A DNA stretch of 57,122 bases from Octopus sinensis. Lineage: Eukaryota. The stretch lies in NCBI RefSeq assembly GCF_006345805.1, contig NW_021834516.1, forward strand, positions 1-57,122, given 5' to 3'. The translations under genes were made by a program, and so were the position numbers. Of this stretch, positions 38,909 through 54,187 are shown piece after piece (position 1 is the first letter of the stretch; each line of letters opens with the position of its first letter). A model generated the notes under the pieces. It had not been told where the DNA came from. It ran no database searches and saw only the letters and a list, made by a program, of their open reading frames with translations.

Positions 38909-38952
38909 CTCTATCTTTTTTCTCCCGCCATTTGTCCGAACGTGCCTTTTTG

Positions 38953-39028
<76 letters not shown>

Positions 39029-39122
39029 ACTATCGGTGTGTCTGTCTGTCTGCCTGTCTGTCTGTCATTCTCTCTGTGTGTATGCCTGCATGCCTGTCTG
39101 ACTTTCTGTCTGTCTGAGTGTG

Positions 39123-39175
<53 letters not shown>

Positions 39176-39305
39176 GTCTGACTGTCTGTCTGCATGTCTG
39201 TCTGTCTGTTTGTCTGCCTGTCTGTCTGTCTGTCTGCATACCTGCCTGCCTGCATGTCTGTCTGATTTTCTGTCCGTCTGAGTGTCTATTCATTTATTTA
39301 TTTAT

Positions 39306-39404
<99 letters not shown>

Positions 39405-39494
39405 CCTATCTATCCATCTATCTTCCTGTCAGTCTGTCTATTTCTATCGATGTATCCATCAATATTACACAACAGACACACAATCATCCATCCA

Positions 39495-39530
<36 letters not shown>

Positions 39531-40011
39531 TGGTGTAAGGGCTTTCCTATCAAACCTATGCAGCAAATACTTCAACAACAAAATCTGTTAGAAGCAATAA
39601 AAATAATATAAGTTTGAACATCGTGTTGAAGATTGTACAAAATTTAATTTCAACACATCAAACCTCGATGTTCTACAGAATTTGTACATCCTTCAACAGA
39701 CTCCGAGTAGTAACATTGGTAAACATGTTGCAATTTGGAATGAAACGATTATGTTATGTGTAAGACTTTAAAAAACTGCAATAAGTAGAATCAAATGCAA
39801 TATTGTATGTAGACAATTTCAGAAAGTTAAAGTAATTGGTTTTATATAAAAGCAAGTTGTATTACAATTCTGATTACAGTATTATTATTGTTGTTGTTGG
39901 TGTTGTGGTTGTTGTTATTAAGGCGTCGAACTTGCAGAATCGTTAGTGCATTTAAACCCACCTATCGTCAATGTTAGCTACTTATGTTCAGATAATATCA
40001 CTTGAAACTGT

Positions 40012-40545
<534 letters not shown>

Positions 40546-40808
40546 GTCTATCTATATATCTACCTACCTACCTAGTATACTGTTCAGTAATGGTTCTGTG
40601 GCTTCAACCTTCCACCTTCTAAATTTGTTTTCTTTTCCCACCTTTTATCGTATTTTCTCTCATTCTATCGCCCTGTTTATGCTATGTAGGCAGAACTTAA
40701 GGATTGGGTCAAGGCACCAGATAGGTTATAAAATGCCATCTGAGTTGCTTTCATCACATGAAACTAATATAACAGGTTCATAAAAATATATACTGTACTT
40801 ATTGAATG

Positions 40809-40851
<43 letters not shown>

Positions 40852-41307
40852 TGCACATATATGCATAGCCTTGGACATTAACTCCTTGATGAAGCAGGCC
40901 TCCACGAAATATGTGTTTGGACACGGCGGTGAGCATATCTCTCCATGCTTGACCATATTTGAATTCTTACAGAAGAGAGGAGAGAGAGAGAGAGGGGAAA
41001 GAGAGAGATAAGGAGAAAGAGAAAGAGAAGTAGAAAGACAGAAAAATTGAGGAAAAAGAGGATAATTGACCCCATTACAAGGCACGTACTTTACTTATCG
41101 AATCTGAAAAGAAGATAACCGTTTGAACGATTGAAGATAAACATTATCGAGCGTAGAGTGTGTGTGTTTATTTGTCGAAAAAATGACCATCCCGAATTAC
41201 GACAATATTGGTTTCAATACACCATTCCACATCTTGCAACACAAACTCATAAATATATATATACATACACAGACACAGACACACTCACACATATATATAT
41301 GCATATA

Positions 41308-41377
<70 letters not shown>

Positions 41378-41629
41378 TTATATATATGATATGTATATAT
41401 ATATGTATATATATATGTATGTATATATATACATATATATATATATATAGATATATATATATATCTATATATATATGATAAAAACAAATGCATAATTGCA
41501 CATAATTACATAGATATATATATATATATGTATGTATATATAATAATATACACACATATATATATAAAATATATATATATATATATACATACCTGCCTAC
41601 CTACCTACCGACCTACCTATCTAACATAT

Positions 41630-41660
<31 letters not shown>

Positions 41661-42399
41661 ATTATATATATATATATATAATATATATATATATGAATAT
41701 GAGAATACACATGCACATATATATGCTTATGTATGTATATATATACATACAGACGTATAGATGTATACATTCTTAAATACATACATATATATATACACAC
41801 ACACACCTATATATACATATACATACATACATACATATATATATTTATATATATATATATACATACAAGCATACGCACAGATATATGAATGCATTCGTGT
41901 GTGCCTATGTATGTGTCTATGTTTATCTATGTAAAAACTTGCATACGTACATATTCAATAACATTTTCCTGCTCCCTATGCAAAGTTTAGCTGCTTGTGC
42001 CAATTAAGATTCTGTCCGTCATTGTAACCATAGAAACTACAGGCCTCAAAGACTCGGAGAGATTCATTCGGCGGCGTTAAGTGTGTCTATGTACTGTACA
42101 TCTGTACTTAAAGGAAACTCAATGGCCTTTTCTAATAATATTCTGCAATTATTAATATGTAACCGGTTTGCTACTCACACGCGTATATACATGTACCGAT
42201 ATACATACATATGTTCATATATGTACACACGCACACACAAACACACACACACACACACAGATAAAAGTCAAAACAGGAGATTTGAAAATGCAATATTATT
42301 TATTCAACATTACACGTGTTTCATTTGCTAATTTGAATTAAAAGGCTGTACAAATTGTAAAAGAACCCATATAAGTTATCGCCTATTAGAAATTCAACC

Positions 42400-42519
<120 letters not shown>

Positions 42520-42870
42520 ACCTATAGGCATACCTATCTATACTTATCCACGTATGTATATATATATATATTTATGCTTTTCTATATATATATATGTGCG
42601 TATACTTACATATATATATAGACACGGTTACTCATGAGGATTCGCCTAGCAAATTATTTTATTTGCTAAAGAAATCTGAAAATTTGGTATAACCGCAAAA
42701 AAATATATTTTCCTTTGATAGAGGCTGCGAAACAATCGTCGTTATGTAGATATAAACTGGTGAAATAAATATATTCATCAAATACTTACTCTCTTTATAT
42801 TCTATATATATATAAGAATAACTTAGTCAATGCATATAAGTTTTAAGCTGACAAAATATTATTGTTGTTG

Positions 42871-42917
<47 letters not shown>

Positions 42918-42979
42918 ATTATATTATTATTATTATCATCATTATTGTTATTAATAATAATAATAATTTGCGGAGGGCG

Positions 42980-43100
42980 ACGTGCTGGGAGAATCTTTAG
43001 CACGCCGGACTAAATGCTTAGTGGTATTTCGTTGGCTGCTACATTCTGAGTTCAAATTCCGCTGGAGTCAACTTTGCCATTCATCCTGGGGTCGATGTTC
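42980..43100 (+). mobile_element. SINE family C, 5' part
   Basis: gaatctttagcacgccggactaaatgcttagtggtatttcg...gagttcaaattccgctggagtcaactttgcc. Confidence 0.7.
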
Positions 43101-43322
43101 ATCTATCTATATATTTATCTATTTATCTACCTATTTCTTATTTTTGCTTTAAATTGTTTTCAACAGCGAGTTTTGCGCATGGCACTTATCAAATCGATAT
43201 GTGCCATGCACGAGGCTTTCGTCCTTTGAGACACTCTTGTGACATTTTGCCGAGAAAAATAATAAAGACGTATATCCTTCGGTATTCAGTTCCATTTCTC
43301 TGGTTCCTAACAAAGCCATAAT

Positions 43323-43620
43323 TACCTACCTACCTACCTACCTACCTACCTACCTACCTACCTACCTACTTACCTACCTACCCTACCTACCTACCTACCT
43401 ACTTACCTACCTACCACCTACCTCCTACCTACCTACCTACCTCCTACCTACCTACCTACCTACCTACCTACCTACCTACCTACCTACCTACTTACCTACC
43501 TACCTACCTACCTACCTACCTACCTACCTACCTACCTACCTACCCACCTATCTACCTACCTACCTACCTATCTACCTACCTACCTGCCTACCCACCTATC
43601 TACCTACCTACTTACCTACC
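43323..43620. repeat. (CCTA)n tetranucleotide array
   Basis: Direct reading. Confidence 0.95.
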
Positions 43621-44017
43621 TGCAAAATTCATCCATACAAATATACACATACATACATATAGATGTGTGTCTATGTGTGTGAGTGTGTATTTATATATAT
43701 GCATATACATTATATGTACTTTAAAGTACGCAATATAAAAATACCAATTTTAATTAGTTTCTTGCTCTGGAGACGCGGGTCTCCAAGAGATCCTGAATAT
43801 TGCTTGGGTACACAAAGCGTGTTATAAAACCCGACTCGACGGCTTCTCCGAAGCAAGAAGCTATTAGTAGCTCGTGTCTTTATAAAGTGTGCATTAAATA
43901 ATATTTATCTCTCACTGGATGAATGTCGATCTTTGAGCTGATCTTACTTTAACGAAACAGTAAACCATATACATCATATTATATATATATGTACATACAC
44001 TCAGGTACATATGTGTC

Positions 44018-44076
<59 letters not shown>

Positions 44077-44104
44077 CCTATATATATATATATACCTATA
44101 TATA

Positions 44105-44340
44105 TTATTTCTTTACTACCCACAAGGGGCTAAACACAGAGGGGACAAACAAGGACAGACAAACGGATCAAGTCGATTACATCGACCCCAGTGGGTAACT
44201 GGTACTTATTTAATCGACCCCGAAGGATGATGAAGGCAAAGTCGACCTCGGCGGAATTTGAACTCAGGACGTAACGGCAGACGAAATACGGCTACGCATT
44301 TCGCCCGACGTGCTAACGTTTCTGCCAGCTCGCCGCCTTT
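44105..44340 (-). mobile_element. SINE family C, full-length young copy
   Basis: Near-identical to 18290-18525. Confidence 0.88.
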
Positions 44341-44940
44341 GTATATATATATATATATATAATATATATATATATATATGTATATTATTTGTATATATAT
44401 TTGTATATATATTTGTATATATATATATTAATATTATGTGTGTGTGTGTGTGTGTGTACACTCACGTACATATGTGTCTGAATATGTGTGTATAAGAATG
44501 TATTTACTGTAGAAATCAGATCAGTTGGTAAAGATCAGAAATTTGAATGGTAAGTTGGTTTCTGGTGTGAAGACACAAGTGGAACGCTAAAGTTTCGGTA
44601 AGGTTTTTCGCTTTGGGAAGGTTCGTCATATTAGATTAAGTCTGGAGAAACAAACGGCTTATTGAATTATGTGCTATGAGACCAGAAAACCTCAAATATA
44701 TCCACTGAATACAGCCATATCTAAAATCGATGTTTATGCTAAACATTTTTACGTAGACACTAACGTATTTCCTTTGCGTATCGCTATTGAGTAGATGTAT
44801 GTATATGTTTGTGTATAAGCTTGTGTCTAAATATACGTGTAGATGTAGTTCTATATACACAATTATATTATGGACGCATATGCATATGTATATATGCTAA
44901 TCTGAATACACGGAAAAATACATGTAGGAGAATATTTCCA

Positions 44941-45076
<136 letters not shown>

Positions 45077-45143
45077 GACCTACCTACCTACCTACCTACC
45101 TACCTACCTACATACATACCTACCTACCTACCTACCTACCTAC

Positions 45144-45174
<31 letters not shown>

Positions 45175-45474
45175 CATAATACATATATATGTACAACCAC
45201 ATATTTATATACGTATATGCATAAATATGTATATATGGGTATACACACACACATACACATATATATATTTGGATATATATGTGTATATATGTATGCCACA
45301 AAAGAAGGTCATATGAACAAATATGCACGTGCGTATGCGCGTGTATATAAATGTATGTATATTCTTAGGTGTAAGTGTGAATATGCAAATAAAGACATAT
45401 TTCTGCACAATCTTATACATATTTGTTGGAAGAACCAAATATGTTTAGGCATATATAGGTGTCTCTATCAATCA

Positions 45475-45535
<61 letters not shown>

Positions 45536-45618
45536 CCTGTCTGTCTGTCTGTCTGTCTGTATATCTGTCTGTCTGTCTGTCTGTCTATCTGTATCTATCT
45601 ATCTATCTATCTATATTT

Positions 45619-45659
<41 letters not shown>

Positions 45660-45679
45660 TATATATATATATATATAGG

Positions 45680-45715
<36 letters not shown>

Positions 45716-45890
45716 GAGAGAAAGAGAGAGACAATGAGAGGGAGAAAAACAGCGGGAATCCGCTGCCATATTTATTCAGTTTGCACAGAATTGATTGATT
45801 TACCTGAACATCCCACATATAGATGTCGCTAGTTACCGTCTGCTCTTTCCAGAAATCATCTAATCATTACATATTCCGGCACGATTCCAT

Positions 45891-45929
<39 letters not shown>

Positions 45930-46427
45930 CATATATATTCCTATCACCTAAATACATTTTACATATAAATTTATCTATAGTTTTGAGAGGCAGTAAATCA
46001 GCCACAAGTTTTACACAATATGGTTGTATTTCTCTAGAGCGTTCATCTTTTTCTTCAATGTATTCCGTTTTTCAATTCACATTTACGATATTAACTGACA
46101 CTTTGTTATTTCCTTGTATTTCTCGCCTCACCACAATGTTTCGACCTTCTTATATTTATGTGTTATAAATTGCTGCAGGATAGCTTCTATTTCAGTTAAG
46201 ACTCAAACGAAAGAAAGAAAGACAGGCGAGAATCAAATGACAGGTAAACGACCTCCTCAAAAGACAAAACTCTGTACGTTTGCAGAAATACGTCTCTCCC
46301 ATATGACTACAATCACATTTTCTGTTTGAAATGTCATTGGCAATTTCCTTCTGACTTCAAATACATTTACAGTCTTTTTTCCTTATTTCAGAGACTACAA
46401 TAGCAGTGTAATAGTAGTGGTGGTGGT

Positions 46428-46473
<46 letters not shown>

Positions 46474-46594
46474 CAGCAGTAATGATAATAATGATAATAA
46501 TTTCATTTATTTGCCACCAGGGCGAAGGATGAGGAGGACAATACAAAACAGACACAAAATGTCGGGGTTTACTTACAATGAAATGATAAAATAA

Positions 46595-46610
46595 ACAAGT
46601 AATAATAATA

Positions 46611-46648
<38 letters not shown>

Positions 46649-46718
46649 TAATAATAATAATAAATAATAATAATAATATAATAATATAATAATAATAAAA
46701 GTAATAATAATAATAATA

Positions 46719-46750
<32 letters not shown>

Positions 46751-46908
46751 TAATAATAATAATAATAATAATAATGAAAATGATAATAATAAATAATAAT
46801 AATAATAATAATAATAATGGCATCTTGCTGTAACCCAATAGGAGGGTTCTTGGCATTTAAAGCTACTTGTTGTAGCCTTGATTTTAGGATTCTTTTCTTT
46901 TCCAACAG

Positions 46909-46964
<56 letters not shown>

Positions 46965-46983
46965 CAACAACAGCAACAACAAC

Positions 46984-47040
<57 letters not shown>

Positions 47041-47346
47041 CATGATATTAATAATGATAAAGGTGATGATGGTGATGGTAATGGTGGTGGTGGTGATGAT
47101 GATGATGGCGAATTTTTTTTCTTGCCAGCAGGGCACCGGATGAGGGGGACGTTAACACAACAACAACAACAATTCTAGTAATCAAAGTGACAATGGTGAT
47201 GATGACGATGACAATGATGATGATGATGGTGATGATAACTTCCTTTGTTTTGCTACCATGGCGACGGATGAGAGGAACAAACAACAGCAACAACAATAAT
47301 AAATATAATAATAATAATAATAATAATAAATATAATAATAATAATA

Positions 47347-47386
<40 letters not shown>

Positions 47387-47421
47387 TTAATAATGATAGT
47401 AATACGAATAATAATAATACA

Positions 47422-47476
<55 letters not shown>

Positions 47477-47480
47477 GTAA
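46595..47480. repeat. Interrupted (AAT)n arrays
   Basis: Direct reading. Confidence 0.9.
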
Positions 47481-48177
47481 TGATGATGATAATGATGATG
47501 GTGATGATGATAAGAATGATTATATAATATAAAAACTATCGGGCTTATTTCATTATCTTTTCTCCCCGTTATAAGAACGTAATTGATGCTCACTCGCGAG
47601 TTCAAGTTTCCAAAACTGAGAATTATATTTCGTAAGCGATAAAAGGTGGATGTTAAAGAATGCCAAGGAAAAAAAAAAAGACAGACAATTTTCATTTCTA
47701 AAGTTTAGATCAAAGCCAAAAAGGAAACAATTCTTGCTTTGAATGTCGAGTTATATATCCTGAAAGCATTTTGGCAAAGTATAAATGCTTTGAATCTTTT
47801 GTGCAACGTCTGATAGGGTTTCAAACAAGTTAAACGAAACCTCGTATAGACATCATCTATACGTTTTTCTTGTTTTATGCATCAAATCTACAACTCTTGG
47901 TATTGTAGCTTTCACAGTTTCTCTTCGCATAAGAACACAAGATAAGATACATTTTTTTTTCTACGACAATTCGATTCCTGAATAACAGACAACAGTGCTA
48001 TTCTTAGAGATAATTGTTAGAATGGTTAAGGCAGGTCTATGAAAAGCTGAAGAACTAAGGTTGACGGGATTGAAGGTAGAGATCTGAAAGCGTTAATTCA
48101 CCGGTTCAGTCCTCGCCTATGGAGTTGAGTTACAGTTCCCTCTGTGTATCAACCCACACAACATTTGAGCTGCGTCA

Positions 48178-48295
48178 CTGTATTGAAAGTGTTCTGCGTA
48201 GGATGTGTGCAGTGCCTAGTAGTGCTATTTTCTGTATGTTATATGAGTTTGTAAGTCCTGGTGGTTTTGTTATGTATTTGTCTGAATATTTTTAT
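48178..48295 (-). mobile_element. R4/Dong-like retrotransposon ORF C-terminal fragment
   Basis: Minus strand encodes KPPGLTNSYNIQKIALLGTAHILRRTLSIQ*; homologous to 50820-50945. Confidence 0.7.
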
Positions 48296-48307
48296 TATTA
48301 TTATTAG

Positions 48308-48362
<55 letters not shown>

Positions 48363-48363
<1 letters not shown>

Positions 48364-48935
48364 GAGTGAGAGAGCAGTGCATGCCATGAAAGTGACACTG
48401 GGGTAATATATACGAAGCCCAGCATACCCATCATGATTACCCGTCTGATACGACTACACTAGGCACATGCATCACAACCATATGTGCGCGACATGGTGAA
48501 CTCATATCAAGATTAACAGCGCATGACCTTGAAGGTGGGGCTCAGTTAGAATTTTCTTCTGGTCGAGTAACCCATCCCACTCAAAAGGTCCCTGGATAAA
48601 GGTTGTTTAAGGATGTTGAACGAAACGCCCATGTTTCCAGAGGGGAATTATTCAAACCCCAAAGAATCCCTCTCAACACATGGCTATGATGCTCCCCACT
48701 ACCTCTGCTCGTGATCAGACATGCACATATCGCCAGCCACTAAGGGACATGTTCAACTGGTTAAGGTCAAACAACTGACAAGCAAATCTGTGATATTGAG
48801 CTGAATATTTGCTGTAGCCCATCTTTTATACCACGACAAAACAATGTACATGATAACACTTCCAGTCAGTTAAGATCAGAAGCCACGAGAGCCACTGCCT
48901 GGTACTGTATCAGGACATTTATACTGCATCAGGCC

Positions 48936-48948
<13 letters not shown>
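48363..48948 (-). mobile_element. ~550-bp TAA-embedded element, copy 4, with short terminal duplication
   Basis: Same termini as the other copies; the terminal actgcatcagg(g/c)cattt tract is present twice. Confidence 0.85.
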
Positions 48949-48987
<39 letters not shown>

Positions 48988-49109
48988 GACGTTGTACAGT
49001 ATACAATATCGTAAGGTTCTGACTGAAGATATTGTATCTACCGGGGGTTTGTAGTGTTTGTTAAATCACAACAACGACCTCAGACAGACAGTACTTTACG
49101 CAAGGTATC

Positions 49110-49280
49110 GAACGGGCAGAATCGTTAGCACGCCGGACAAAATGCTGCTAAGCATATTGTCCGTCTTTACGTATCGAGTTCAAATTACACCGAGGTCGAC
49201 TTTACTTTTCATCCTAACGGGGTCGAGGAAATGAGTACCAGTAAAACACTGGGGTCCATGGGCCTATAGTAGAAAGGATT
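49110..49280 (+). mobile_element. SINE family C (ATT-tailed variant)
   Basis: ggcagaatcgttagcacgccgg...gaggtcgactttac...cctatagtagaaaggattattact. Confidence 0.75.
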
Positions 49281-49568
49281 ATTACTATTATCATTTTGAT
49301 GTCATTATATGTTACTCCACCACACTTTGTGTCTGTCTTTGTATTGTTCCCCTGATTTTTCGCCCTTGTGGCAAACAAATGAAATCATTAATATCATTAT
49401 TATGGTTGTATTATGCACCATAAAATGCTAATAGTATTTAATTAGCATCTCTTCGGTCTTTATGTCCTGAGTTCAAAATTCCGCCGGGGTCGACTTTGCA
49501 CTTTAATCTTTCAGGGTCGATGGAATAAATACTAGCTGAAATCTAGGGTCGATGTATTATTATTATTA

Positions 49569-49627
<59 letters not shown>

Positions 49628-50133
49628 TAATTTTTAATCTGCACGTTTGTTGCAATCAGTAGCTAAGACACACTCAACATCCTAGGGCGAGTGAAGGATA
49701 AGACATGTTACAGTATCACTGAAAGCTTAGGGAGGTGAATTGGCAGGGGCAGTAGCGAAATATTTTCATGTAATACAACACATGCATTTAAATGGATAGG
49801 GTTTTATCTAAGTATGTGGGCAGTACCTGTTCGCACAATCTTTTGGATTTCTCTGAGACATGGTTCTCTTGGGATATTATCTAGATGTTTCTGACATCCC
49901 TTTCTTATCAAACCTAGGGCACTCACAATAACAGAAACAGTTCTCGCTTTAAGATGTCACATCTTTTGTATTTCAATTTTCAGGTCCTTAAATTTACTTA
50001 ATTTGTCAAATTCTTTCACAGATATATTTTTATCAGTGAGAACGCTTGCATCTGTCTACAAGTATTTACTTCCATGTCTTTAATGATTATGTCTGGTCGA
50101 TTAGCGTGGATCGTTCTATCATTGTTGACTGGA
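49628..50133 (-). mobile_element. 5'-truncated, decayed R4/Dong-clade non-LTR retrotransposon: restriction-like endonuclease domain plus 3' UTR
   Basis: Minus strand reads NRPDIIIKD...(frameshift)...DASVLTDKNISVKEFDKLSKFKDLKIEIQKM*HLKARTVSVIVSALGLIRKG...EIQKIVRTGTAHILR, the RPD...D...KxxK(Y/F)xxL RLE signature; (TAA)n on both sides. Confidence 0.85.
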
Positions 50134-50135
50134 AA

Positions 50136-50168
<33 letters not shown>

Positions 50169-50423
50169 GTTATTTTTTTTTCTTCTTTCAAATTTGCTTC
50201 CATTTCTTGCCGAGTGTCTTCCCGACTCCTAGGGCAAAGAAAATCATAGTATACATTGGTAGGCCATTAAACTAAACTCACTAGTTCGTTCATTTTATTT
50301 ATTTATTTATTTTTTTTAAAGTTAAATTAAAATACATGGGTAGTAATAGTTCTCACATCGACAATGCTCTTCTCAATACGTGTGATGTACCAGTTAAGAC
50401 AATCTTTTGCACTTCTTGCAGGG

Positions 50424-50484
<61 letters not shown>

Positions 50485-50485
<1 letters not shown>

Positions 50486-50700
50486 TGAGGTAGCAATCAG
50501 GCAGAATCGTTAGCACGCCAGACGAAATACGGAGCTGTATTTCGTCTGCCGCTAGGTTCTGAATTCTAATTCCATCACGATCGATTTTATCTTTTATCCT
50601 TTCGGGGAGAGATAAATTAAGTACCAGTTGAGTACTGGGGTCGATGTGATCGACTGTCCCACTCCCTACAAAATCCAGGCATTGTGCCTATAGCAGAGAG
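50485..50700 (+). mobile_element. SINE family C (ATT-tailed variant)
   Basis: ggcagaatcgttagcacgcc...aattaagtaccagttgagtactggggtcgatgtgatcgac...tgtgcctatagcagagaggattattatt. Confidence 0.8.
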
Positions 50701-50719
50701 GATTATTATTATTATTATT

Positions 50720-50945
50720 CAGTAGTTTTATTTTTATAGCGTGCTTTCACTTCACTACCGAGCGCAGCTCTGTGTGCCTTGGGTATGTGCTGTGATTTGT
50801 TGTGATGCTCTGATGGTTATTGTATGGAAAGTGTTCTGCGTAGGATGTGTACAGTGCCTAGTAGTGCAATTTTCTGTATGTTATATGTGTTTGTAAGTCC
50901 TGGTGTTTTTGTTATGTATTTGTCTGAATATTTTTTTATCATGCC
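50720..50945 (-). mobile_element. R4/Dong-like retrotransposon 3' end (ORF terminus plus complete 3' UTR) in (TAA)n
   Basis: Encodes IKKYSDKYITKTPGLTNTYNIQKIALLGTVHILRRTLSIQ*, then a ~100-bp UTR and (AAT)n. Confidence 0.8.
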
Positions 50946-50946
50946 A

Positions 50947-51038
<92 letters not shown>

Positions 51039-51503
51039 CATTATTAGTATTATTAATGTCATCATCATCATCGTCATCATTACTACTACCACAACTATTA
51101 ACCAATTATTATTCTTGCATTAATTGTTCAACCGAACACAGCTCTTTATACCTTGGCTTCATGGAGTGGTTTAGTTTGATTTCTATTTTGTATCATATGA
51201 AATGTACTCTACATAATAAGTGTGTATGTGTGAGTGTGTGTGTGTGTGTGCGTGTATGCGTGTGCGTGCTAGCGTGTATAAATCTACTAATTTCTTAAGT
51301 TTCATATATATATATATATATTGTGAAGGTATTTGGATCAGTGGTTAGAGCGTCGAGCGGGAGGTGTGGAGAGGGCAGGCTTGTATGCATGGGCGACTGC
51401 TGGCCTTCCATAAACAACCTTACCCGGACTTGTGCCTGGGGGGGGGGTAACATTCTAGGTGCAATCCAATAATGACCGAAGGGATCTCCTCCTCCCCCTC
51501 CTC

Positions 51504-51538
<35 letters not shown>

Positions 51539-51615
51539 AAATATTAGGGAATAAATCCAAACTTACAGGGAAAAATCAGATTTAGGATTAAATCCAATTT
51601 TACAGTAAAATATTA

Positions 51616-51843
51616 TATATTAAATTAGAGATAAAACCACTATTAGGCAAATCAAACAATGAAAAACATAGCCATACATAAAATTAATTAATTTATATTT
51701 TAAATATCAAAAGTATTAAAATTTAATAAAAGATAAACTTTTAATACTTTTGATATTTAAATAATATAAATTAATTAATTTTATGTATTGGCTTATGTTT
51801 TTCATTGTTTGATTTGCCTAATGGTGGTTTTATCTCTAATTTA

Positions 51844-51848
<5 letters not shown>
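51616..51848. mobile_element. AT-rich foldback element (~105-110-bp arms)
   Basis: 51616-51721 is the reverse complement of 51739-51848 with few differences; embedded in (TA)n. Confidence 0.8.
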
Positions 51849-51877
<29 letters not shown>

Positions 51878-51890
51878 CTTTATTCAAAGC

Positions 51891-51938
51891 AAAAACTGTC
51901 TGATGAACGGCAACGAGAAACTCAGAGTAACAGATTTT
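51891..51938 (+). ncRNA. Minimal type I hammerhead ribozyme motif (Penelope-like element type)
   Basis: aaaa-CTGT-CTGATGA-A-CG-GCAA-CG-A-GAAA-C-TCAGA-GTA-ACAG-atttt: intact core, stem I CTGT/ACAG, short stem III; stem II only 2 bp plus a GNRA loop. Confidence 0.65.
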
Positions 51939-52045
51939 GTTGAATTTTCTGCTGCTTTAAATAAAGCATTACTCTACCACTGGTATTTGAGTACTCTTTT
52001 TTCCACATTGTTTCACATTTATGTGTTTACTCCGGTATATATATA

Positions 52046-52099
<54 letters not shown>

Positions 52100-52299
52100 T
52101 ATATAGATATATATATATGTATTGCAATGTATGCTCATTCGAACTAGGGAACAAGTTACTCACTGCGTTTTGTTACGGAGGATATATATATCTCGCTTTT
52201 TGACAAATGGACTATATACACCTAGACAGATCATCTCTTAATTCAGTTCATAGTGTAATTGGCTTAGTGTATGTCACCGATAAGGAGATAACTACTCCG

Positions 52300-52352
<53 letters not shown>

Positions 52353-52640
52353 TATATATCAAAACAGGAGGATGGAAAACTATTGTATTAACTACGCACC
52401 GTTACACGTGTTTCATTTGCTAATAGTTAAAATAATATCGTATATACGGTATATATGTATTCTTTTGTTCCTTCTTTGTGTCAGTCTTTTGACTGTGGCC
52501 ATGATGGAGCACTGCCTTTAGTCGAAACTTCTACCCTATAGCAATCCTATATAGTACCATTTCACTCTTTTTATAAGTCTTCAGCATGACATAGTTATAT
52601 TAAACATTTTATGAAGGTAGACATATCTTACAGGTGGAAA

Positions 52641-52932
52641 GTAATTAATCGGGATAAAATTCATGGAATGCATGGAGTACGTTTTACTCTTCTTTTTGCC
52701 GTTGAGCGTTACCATTTTTGCTATCGAGAGAGAAGAGAGGCAAAGTTCTTAGTGACTTCATTCTGGGTAACTTTTCCAAGGACCTTTACCTTGTAAAGTT
52801 GCTAATATTTTAGTTTTAACTACAAACGAAATTCACAATCAGTTTTCAATATATTTTTTGAGGTGTGGATATTGGTTTTGAGCCGGTTGTTTCAGAGTTG
52901 GAATTCCTCGTTAAAATAGTGGATGAGACATG
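52641..52932 (+). repeat. ~290-bp direct repeat, copy 1
   Basis: Closely similar to 53917-54187. Confidence 0.85.
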
Positions 52933-53160
52933 TCTTTGTAGTAGGTATAACTTAAACTTTTCGTCAGCAGTGTAGTTGGGTTCATTTCGAATGCACAGCC
53001 TGGATTTTTCAAACATCCCTTTTGCTCATTGCGGTCATTGAATACAAGGGCCATAACCATTTCTTTGTAATATTTAGCGTAATTAGAAGACTGGAGTTGA
53101 AATTTATGAATAAAGGTAGAAATGCAGGGAACACACAAATCTAATTTTTGCTGCGGGTAT

Positions 53161-53224
<64 letters not shown>

Positions 53225-53230
53225 TACATA

Positions 53231-53290
<60 letters not shown>

Positions 53291-53339
53291 ATCTATCTAT
53301 CTCTATCTATATATGTGTGTGTGTATATATGTATATATA

Positions 53340-53385
<46 letters not shown>

Positions 53386-53916
53386 ATATGTATGTATACA
53401 CACACTCACATATATCCTGAGGTACTATTTGTAATGTGATATACGTTCACGGTTAAGTGAAGAGCCATACATTACACAATATTACTTGGGAGTTTTTGGC
53501 ATAGTTTTCCCTGCGTCTGTTTAGATAATCCCCAATACACTATGAGTATTATTTCTATTTCTAACCCAACATTCCGGTTATCTTTATTTCCAGATCTTAT
53601 ATTTGGATAGTTTCTGTGTTTCCTTTGAACCGACATTATATCAAGGTTTCCATAAATCTTCCCAGCAGAACACAATATCCTCCATATTCACCTTGACCCT
53701 CGCTTTTTAATGATGACTGACATATCCTGTATTATTTTCCCTCTGTCGTTCCTTTTCAAACATTTTCTGGCATATAATTTACATCATTATTTTCTCTGCC
53801 GGTTTTCACAGTAATTGCATAAGTTCTAGCTGCCATTCTGTCATATTTGATTTAACTTGTTTTTTTTAGCTAAAAATATAGGTTTCAAATTTTGGTACAA
53901 GGCCAGCAATTCCGGA

Positions 53917-54187
53917 GTAATTAGTCGGGATAAAATTCATGGAATGCGTTTTCCTTTTCTTTTTTCCGTTGAGTGTTAGCATTTTTGCTATCGAGAGAGA
54001 AGTGAGGCAAAATTCTTAGTGACTTCATTCTGGGTAACTTTCCCAAGGACCTTTAAAGTTGCTAATATTTTAGTTTTAGCTACAAACGAAATTCACAATT
54101 CAATATATTTTTTGAGGTGTGGATATTGGTTTTGAGCCAGTTGTTTCAGAGTTGGAATTCCTCGTTAAAATAGTGAGATGATACATG
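53917..54187 (+). repeat. ~270-bp direct repeat, copy 2, inserted inside a SINE C copy
   Basis: Flanked by SINE-C pieces 53881-53916 and 54188-54360 that are contiguous in intact copies. Confidence 0.75.

Noticed and set aside
43323-43620. (CCTA)n as an interstitial telomere
   Set aside because: The unit is TAGG, not the TTAGGG expected for mollusc telomeres
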